64,000 nt of DNA, from NCBI GenBank assembly GCA_964513645.1, contig CAZENF010000002.1, forward strand, positions 8,090 to 72,089, in the 5' to 3' direction. This stretch comes from an uncultured Candidatus Saccharibacteria bacterium (GTDB lineage: Bacteria > Patescibacteriota > Minisyncoccia > 2-02-FULL-40-12 > GWA2-44-9). Below are positions 58,048 through 64,000 of this stretch, in pieces. Numbering within the stretch: position 1 is the stretch's first letter; every line of letters begins with the position of its first letter. The notes beneath the pieces were generated by a model that had not been told where the DNA came from, did not search any database, and saw only the letters and a list, made by a program, of their open reading frames with translations. The position numbers and the translations under genes were made by a program.

Positions 58048-59484
58048 TTATTTTACCGGGGCACATTTCTTATTATATTTAACATCGATCTGAGAACAAA
58101 TATATTTTTGTTTCTCTGCTGGGTAAATGTTGCTTTCCTGCCAGATCAAATTATTATAACAAGCGATTTTTTGTTCTTCGGTAAGAAGAGGGTTAGCGCA
58201 AAACGCTAAGGGCTTGGTATATTCCAGATCAGGCGTACCAACCTCGATCAAACCCTCAATGTATCCTTCAATACACGGGGTGACCAGTCTTTTCTGAAGA
58301 GATTGGCAAACTTTTACCTGTTTTGAATAATCAGCCAGGTCCCACCCCGATTGTCCGTTAACATCCGACAAACTTCTCATGGTAGAAATGGCGTATTCAT
58401 CCTCTTTTATTGCTTCGACAAATTTAATAGCTTTTAAGAAATCGGAGTTGCTTATCGCCATTAGGTACGTGTTCATCTCCTCATAGCAAGTCAGTTTGGC
58501 ATAATCTTTTTCTAAGCTCCGACAATAAAAAAGAGGGTCGGACTCGTTCTTGCGCAACTTTCCTTGATTATATGCAATTGCCATTGCATTGAACACTCCG
58601 CTTCCGCAGCGGTTAAGCATCTGGGGGTTAGGCGCAACCTTTTCGCACAAGGCCAGAGCAGGCATCACGACCGATCTTTCATTCGGCCAATCATTGTCAT
58701 CATCAACCGCGCCATGACCGATACCATGATAACATTTCCCCAAAGTATCAGCACTTACATTTTTCATCTTATCGTAGGCATAATTACAAAAATCCCTTGC
58801 CACACTCAAGTCATTAGTTTCATGAAGAAGAGTTTGCATAAAGCCGTGATAAAATCCGAAACTGCAATAAGAAACTTTTTCCGGTAAGGTAAAGTTTTTG
58901 TGTTCAGAAAATAAATAATACGCTTTTTCTCCCAACTTATGGACCAAGCCGTGGCAGTAGTATTTAAAATCCGGGTCATTGTTATATGAGTCCGAGATCA
59001 TATTAAATGTTCCTTCCAATCCTTTGCTCTCAATAATAGAATCGATGTTGGTGTCCCAGCATTGAGCCCTATTTTCCTCCGAAACATGTACGCAATCAAC
59101 ATAAGGAATCTTACCGTCAGAGCCACGAACTTTGACTATCCCCTGGTAGTAAGGATCGAGGTGGTCATGGAATTTCCAATTACCGGCTTTATCGAACTTA
59201 AAGCTCCAAGATTTATCAGAGTCTATCGGACGTTTGGGATCAAATTCCGGGTACAAGGTGTGGGTCGGATGGATATCCGAAGCCGGCCAGAATGGTTTCG
59301 TAAGTCGGGTAGTGAAAACTACCATGTCGCCCTGGTTAATAGTTATGTTTGAGGGTGAAAAGCCGTCTTTGGTTAGAGAAATGTAGTAAGTGGCTGGCGA
59401 CTGATGGATAAAAAATTTAAACAGGTAAAAAGCCCCTAAAACAGCACAAAAAAGAATGAGAAGTAAGATCAGACGGTATTTCAT
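58048..59484 (-). CDS. Secreted protein with a cupredoxin-like N-domain plus a Cys/His-rich domain, paralogue family member 3
   Basis: Colinear with the 499-aa paralogue: ITINQGDMVVFTT...WPASDIHPTHTLYPEF, CHGLVHKLG and CYHGIGHG. Confidence 0.5.
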   Translation of the reverse strand: MKYRLILLLILFCAVLGAFYLFKFFIHQSPATYYISLTKDGFSPSNITINQGDMVVFTTRLTKPFWPASDIHPTHTLYPEFDPKRPIDSDKSWSFKFDKAGNWKFHDHLDPYYQGIVKVRGSDGKIPYVDCVHVSEENRAQCWDTNIDSIIESKGLEGTFNMISDSYNNDPDFKYYCHGLVHKLGEKAYYLFSEHKNFTLPEKVSYCSFGFYHGFMQTLLHETNDLSVARDFCNYAYDKMKNVSADTLGKCYHGIGHGAVDDDNDWPNERSVVMPALALCEKVAPNPQMLNRCGSGVFNAMAIAYNQGKLRKNESDPLFYCRSLEKDYAKLTCYEEMNTYLMAISNSDFLKAIKFVEAIKEDEYAISTMRSLSDVNGQSGWDLADYSKQVKVCQSLQKRLVTPCIEGYIEGLIEVGTPDLEYTKPLAFCANPLLTEEQKIACYNNLIWQESNIYPAEKQKYICSQIDVKYNKKCAPVK

Positions 59485-59493
59485 CGACGATAA

Positions 59494-60699
59494 TTATCCC
59501 ACCCTTAATACTTTTTTGCATTCGGCCTTGTGAATTTCAGGCACCGTAGAACAAAATGACTTATAGTATCCGGGGTCTTTGATATAGTAGCTGACCATTC
59601 CAAAGAGATCTTCAAAACAAGGGTACTGGTAAACCTGGTCCGAAATAGAATTGCAAAACCTTATTGCACCGTCCGGCTTATTCTCCCCTCCCCAGTATAG
59701 AGAGGCGGTCGAATTTTCAATGCACGCCTGTGTTCCGTTCTTGTCATTTGCCAAAAGGCACCAAGCATAAACTTTCTGAAATTGTTCGGTTGTCATATCT
59801 GCAACATTTCTGATGTCCCGGTTCTGAGCCAGGACAATGAACTCTTTGCCAAATCCTCCGTAGCAAATATTCCGGTTTGGATCCGATAGCGGTAATTTAG
59901 AACAATACTGAAATGCTTTTGAGAAATCAGCCGGGCCGGGATGATTAATATCCGCTCCGGCAAATTCGAAAAGATACGGCGTTAAATAGGTATAGCACAT
60001 TAATTTCGCCCCGGAAGGGATTAAGTCCGTATCGCAGGGGGTCAGAGCATCATTCTTGGTAAAGTATATCTTTCTCTGACGCCCCCATGCGATCTTGTCG
60101 TGGAATCCCCCGCTTATCATCTCCATTATCGAACCTCCGACACATTGCGGATATTCCTGATAATTATATTCCGGCGTACCGGTCTTTTGGCACATCTCCA
60201 CCGTTTTTTTAAGGTCGTAATCCAGATACGCCAGGATACCATGACCAAGTCCGTGGAAACACATGGTATAGGCACCTGACCCCCCCGGAGCATGTCTGCA
60301 GGCATCAGAGATTGCGTCAAGAGCACTTTCGCCCTTATCAAAAAAGAGTCCAACCACGATAGAGTGCGAACAGGCGTTCCTGAAATCTTGGGTACATTTA
60401 TAAATACCTTTCAAACCTTCTTTTTTATACAAAACATCGCCGATCGCATGACCAAGGAGATGGAAGTCCGTATTCGGAGGCAAGTCAGCGGTTTTTAAAA
60501 CCTCAAAAGCATATTCAGGACTTTTTTGATTTGCGAGGTCCTCAAAATATTTTTTAAGCTCACTGAAAGACTGGGAATGTTTTTTCACGTCCTGAAGTTC
60601 TGGATAAGATGTTTTCTTAGAAGAGTAAGACCATACTAAAAGACCTGCCACCAGAACCAATAAAAAAAGACCTGAAAATATTTTATAAGACAGTTTCAT
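59494..60699 (-). CDS. Secreted Cys/His-rich protein, paralogue family member 4
   Basis: An N-terminal transmembrane segment with FHLLGHAIG and CFHGLGHG. Confidence 0.5.
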   Translation of the reverse strand: MKLSYKIFSGLFLLVLVAGLLVWSYSSKKTSYPELQDVKKHSQSFSELKKYFEDLANQKSPEYAFEVLKTADLPPNTDFHLLGHAIGDVLYKKEGLKGIYKCTQDFRNACSHSIVVGLFFDKGESALDAISDACRHAPGGSGAYTMCFHGLGHGILAYLDYDLKKTVEMCQKTGTPEYNYQEYPQCVGGSIMEMISGGFHDKIAWGRQRKIYFTKNDALTPCDTDLIPSGAKLMCYTYLTPYLFEFAGADINHPGPADFSKAFQYCSKLPLSDPNRNICYGGFGKEFIVLAQNRDIRNVADMTTEQFQKVYAWCLLANDKNGTQACIENSTASLYWGGENKPDGAIRFCNSISDQVYQYPCFEDLFGMVSYYIKDPGYYKSFCSTVPEIHKAECKKVLRVG

Positions 60700-60723
60700 T
60701 AAAATATCCCGGCAAAGAATGGT

Positions 60724-61206
60724 TTATTTGGAACTTCGTGGTTTAGGGATCGATTTTGGCGTTCCGTTGAAGAAAACAGGGGCTGTATAACGGATCTCGG
60801 CCGCGGTGAATTTTTTAGTTCCCGTTATATTATCCGTAGCAATTATAACAACATTTGAATTGTTCGGATTATAGAGATCGGCAAGACTACCTTCTAAAGA
60901 ACCGGATTTCAAATTAGTCGGCGTATATTTACCATCTGGAGGAGGTATCAAGGTTATTTTTACAAATTTGGTATTGGAATTTGTTATAACCGATACCACT
61001 TCAGTTGGACCATAGGATTTGCCGTCAATCATGACCGTACCAGCAACAGATAGTTGAGTTTCGGTTATTCCGGCTATTTTACCCCTAAATTCAGAACTTT
61101 TTATATTGTCATTTTTAGACGGGAGACCTTTTGCAAAAAGTAAAACGACTGCGATCAGAAAGATCATTATCGCTATACTTGTCCCTTTCCGGCGTCGGGT
61201 ATGCAT
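60724..61206 (-). CDS. Hypothetical secreted protein
   Basis: An N-terminal transmembrane anchor followed by an S/T/N-rich domain. Confidence 0.4.
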   Translation of the reverse strand: MHTRRRKGTSIAIMIFLIAVVLLFAKGLPSKNDNIKSSEFRGKIAGITETQLSVAGTVMIDGKSYGPTEVVSVITNSNTKFVKITLIPPPDGKYTPTNLKSGSLEGSLADLYNPNNSNVVIIATDNITGTKKFTAAEIRYTAPVFFNGTPKSIPKPRSSK

Positions 61207-61221
61207 AATTTAAGTATAAAT

Positions 61222-62655
61222 TTAGTTCCGAATATTATCAATAACGGAACTGATATGAGCTTTGAGGTCCTGAATCTTGATCCTGTCCTGCTTGGCAGTA
61301 TCCCTGTCACGAATCGTAACAGTATCTTTCAGCTCGGGTTTTTCTCCCAAAGTATCAAAATCGATGGTGATAGACAAAGGTGTACCTATCTCGTCTTGCG
61401 AGTAATAACGTTTACCGATGTTTCCCCGGTCGTCCCAGACAACGTTGAAGTGTTTCTTGAGGTCTTTATAGATCTCTCTGGCTTTTTCGACGAGTTCAGG
61501 CTTATTTTTAAGCAGAGGAAAAACCGCCGCTTTGTACGGCGCAAGCTTCGGGCTAAGTTTTAAAACGACCCTGTCCCCGTCCTCGTGATAAGCGTCGCAT
61601 AGAACAGCCAAAGCAATGCGGTCAACTCCGGCTGAAGGTTCTATTACATAGGGAACAAAAACTTCCCCGGAGTCAGGATCCCTGAACGACATATCCTGGC
61701 CTGAACTTTTCTGATGAGACTGGAGGTCAAAATCTCCCCGGTTGGCGATGCCTTCTATTTCTTTGGTGCCGAACGGGAAATCATATTCAATGTCGATGGT
61801 TTCTTTTGAATAATGGGCTCTTTCTTCTTTGGTCTGTTCTCTTTTGTGAACGTTTTTTAAGCCTATTTTCTTGTACCATTCAAAACGTGAAGCAACCCAT
61901 TCTTTAAAATATTTCTCATCTTCACCTGGTTTAACAAAATATTCTAACTCCATCTGTTCGAATTCCCTTGTCCGGAAAATATAATCTTTAGGGTTTATTT
62001 CATTACGAAAAGCTTTGCCTATCTGGGCAATACCGAACGGAACCCTAACTCTTGTTGAGTCGACGACATTATTGAAGTTAACAAAAATACCTCCGGCAGT
62101 TTCCGGACGAAGATAAGCAACCGAGGCGGTGTCTTCGGCCGGTCCGACAAATGTTTTGAACATTAAATTAAATGATTTGGCTTCAGTAAATTCTTTTCCT
62201 CCACAAACTTCGCATCCATTTTCCTTCAATTCCAAGGTTCTTTTTTTAAGAATTCTCTTACCCTCCTCTGCTACCTGCTCTCCAATGCTTTTTTCTATAT
62301 TTCTTTTGGGTCGGAATTGGTCTTCGGGTTTATATATATCTTCGGGCCTATATCTTTTATGACATTTCTTGCACTCAATTAATGGGTCTGAAAATCCTCC
62401 GACATGGCCGGAAGCAACCCAGGCTTGAGGATTCATTATCAAAGCGGCCGATAAGCCGACGACATCATCTCTTTCCCGAACAACCGACTTCCACCACTCC
62501 TGTTTAAGATTAAATTTGAGTTCTGCTCCAAGCGGCCCGAAATCATAAAAACCTCCGATGCCACCGTATATCTCGGAACCCGGAAATATAAAACCGCGCC
62601 GTTTGCATAAGGCAACTACTTTATCCAACAAATTTTGCTCTTTATTTTTTTCCAT
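61222..62655 (-). CDS. glyQS: Glycyl-tRNA synthetase (alpha2 single-chain type)
   Basis: A class II core with FPGSEIYGGIGGFYDFGPLG and an anticodon-binding domain. Confidence 0.92.
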   Translation of the reverse strand: MEKNKEQNLLDKVVALCKRRGFIFPGSEIYGGIGGFYDFGPLGAELKFNLKQEWWKSVVRERDDVVGLSAALIMNPQAWVASGHVGGFSDPLIECKKCHKRYRPEDIYKPEDQFRPKRNIEKSIGEQVAEEGKRILKKRTLELKENGCEVCGGKEFTEAKSFNLMFKTFVGPAEDTASVAYLRPETAGGIFVNFNNVVDSTRVRVPFGIAQIGKAFRNEINPKDYIFRTREFEQMELEYFVKPGEDEKYFKEWVASRFEWYKKIGLKNVHKREQTKEERAHYSKETIDIEYDFPFGTKEIEGIANRGDFDLQSHQKSSGQDMSFRDPDSGEVFVPYVIEPSAGVDRIALAVLCDAYHEDGDRVVLKLSPKLAPYKAAVFPLLKNKPELVEKAREIYKDLKKHFNVVWDDRGNIGKRYYSQDEIGTPLSITIDFDTLGEKPELKDTVTIRDRDTAKQDRIKIQDLKAHISSVIDNIRN

Positions 62656-62671
62656 ACTACCTGATACTATT

Positions 62672-64000
62672 TTATTGTACTATTCCCTGCCCCGGCCGGT
62701 CAGACAGGTCATTTGTCGTAACCGGGTCTCTGGTAATTGTAATCGTCTGATTTGAAAAACTGTCAGTTCCGGCAAACTTGGGTCCGCCGATAAGCTGGAT
62801 GGAATTTCCTTTGTCGCTGTCTGCCGGTATAACTTTGACCCTGAAACTGGCTTCATACTTGCTACCAAGAGTTCCGGTCCCGTAAGGCAGTTTGGGCAGG
62901 TCCCAGACAACCGTCCCGGTGCTTGAATTATAGGCCGGTGACGGAAGGCCGTTGTTAGCCCATACCATATTATCCCATTGTACATTAGCCGGGAGCTTTG
63001 CGGAAACCTCGACGTTATTAATATCATTGCCGGGATTGGTCAGTTGCCAGTGAACATTGAACGAGGTCATATCTCCTACGTGCATCGGCAAAGGACCGAC
63101 CGACTGGAAATTCGGGTCATTATAGTAGACCGATTGGTTTAAGGCCGGCTGACTGCTTATTTTGGTGACAAGATTGGAAGATGCCGAGATTTGATTGCCG
63201 TCAAAACCTTCCGGAACATTCGGAGTCATGAATACGGATGAAACTTTTACGAAACGGTCCTGGGAAGAACCAGGTATTGCAGATGAGAAAGTCGGCTTGA
63301 GAGAGACTGAAAAATTTATCTGGCCGCTCATTCCAGGAACAAAATTATTAAAATCAGAAATAGTGGTCGAATCCCAGGTGATTGTTTTGGCCGAACTGTC
63401 ATATAGACCGCCGTTGGTGTTGAGGGTTCCAAGATTGAAAGTATCTCCTTCAAGTTTTACAACCAGGTTCATGCCCGAAAAATTTATATTTGAATTATTC
63501 GAATATTGGACGGTATAGGATAGGTTATCACCAAGAGAAGCGGTATAATCTGTCGAGTTATTTACTTGCATCCCCAAACCAAGAATGGGGTTCGATATCA
63601 CGGTTGTGGCCGAAGACTTCTGATAGTCAACGTAATCGCTGTCCAATTTTCGTTTCAGGATTACAGAGACCATTTTGTTGTCACCCTCGCTGCCGGTTAA
63701 AATTCCATTGACGGTTATCCTTCCGCCTTTGCCCTTTTTTATCGTATCAATATGCCAAGTATTATCACCGAGAACTGGCTGTGGGTCATAGCTTTTTGGA
63801 CGAAAACCGTCGGGATAATCAAACTCGACCATCAGATCAGAGAGATCGTCATCAGAAGTATTTCTATAATCGAGGATATACTGGGCGGTAGAACCCGAAA
63901 CAGAATTAGGTGGAGCGACCAGGGTTAAAGTTATCGGAGTTTTAACTATTGTGGTCGAAAAGGTTATGCTTTTCTCAAAATTAGAACTTAAGCTTCCCGC
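62672..64000 (-). CDS. Repeat-rich secreted/surface protein, N-terminus beyond the window
   Basis: I translated 63833-64000 on the minus strand by hand and found no stop, so the ORF continues upstream of the M at 63832. It is S/T/N-rich with beta-sandwich-like repeats. Confidence 0.5.
   Translation of the reverse strand, partial: AGSLSSNFEKSITFSTTIVKTPITLTLVAPPNSVSGSTAQYILDYRNTSDDDLSDLMVEFDYPDGFRPKSYDPQPVLGDNTWHIDTIKKGKGGRITVNGILTGSEGDNKMVSVILKRKLDSDYVDYQKSSATTVISNPILGLGMQVNNSTDYTASLGDNLSYTVQYSNNSNINFSGMNLVVKLEGDTFNLGTLNTNGGLYDSSAKTITWDSTTISDFNNFVPGMSGQINFSVSLKPTFSSAIPGSSQDRFVKVSSVFMTPNVPEGFDGNQISASSNLVTKISSQPALNQSVYYNDPNFQSVGPLPMHVGDMTSFNVHWQLTNPGNDINNVEVSAKLPANVQWDNMVWANNGLPSPAYNSSTGTVVWDLPKLPYGTGTLGSKYEASFRVKVIPADSDKGNSIQLIGGPKFAGTDSFSNQTITITRDPVTTNDLSDRPGQGIVQ

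Overview
Reading the sequence directly, this 64 kb window is an AT-rich, very gene-dense bacterial chromosome segment. Its gene content and style suggest a Candidate Phyla Radiation / Patescibacteria-type genome, but that is inference. The marks are ThyX instead of ThyA, a single-chain alpha2 GlyRS, short ThrS and SHMT forms, GatB, a stand-alone four-helix-bundle protein, a promoter-like TAGTATATAAT -10 consensus, and terminator hairpins that overlap stop codons.

The first 47 kb is mostly housekeeping. It holds pgk-tpiA, a GalT-family transferase, DprA-TopA-Rel, ParAB, FolD-GlyA, TsaC, bS16, RNase III-NusB-bL32, DnaE, ThrS, MiaA, GatB, a dCMP deaminase/Tmk/ThyX module, SecE-NusG-bL11, GyrB, PheS and GuaB, plus tRNA-Leu(CAA) and tRNA-Asp(GTC). 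No rRNA, CRISPR array or classical IS/transposase was seen.

The main candidate for an undescribed system is a co-directional minus-strand supercluster from about 47.9 kb to the window end, encoding secreted Cys/Tyr/His-rich cell-surface proteins. It contains:
- a 1396-aa protein with FG-GAP-like repeats and a co-translated ~175-aa partner;
- a paralogous 446-aa protein ending in a VirB2/TrbC-like two-helix hairpin, with its own partner paralogue;
- four tandem paralogues carrying C[FY]HG[IL]GHG motifs, two fused to a cupredoxin-like domain;
- a truncated repeat-rich surface protein at the window edge.

I also flag:
- a promoter-plus-gene-plus-terminator cassette inserted into the 3' end of rplK, flanked by a 45-bp duplication;
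- two families of MITE-like or palindromic repeats placed at gene 5' ends;
- a 221-bp perfect-armed palindrome;
- heptamer simple-sequence repeats and a shared ATATTGGCCAAG upstream motif.
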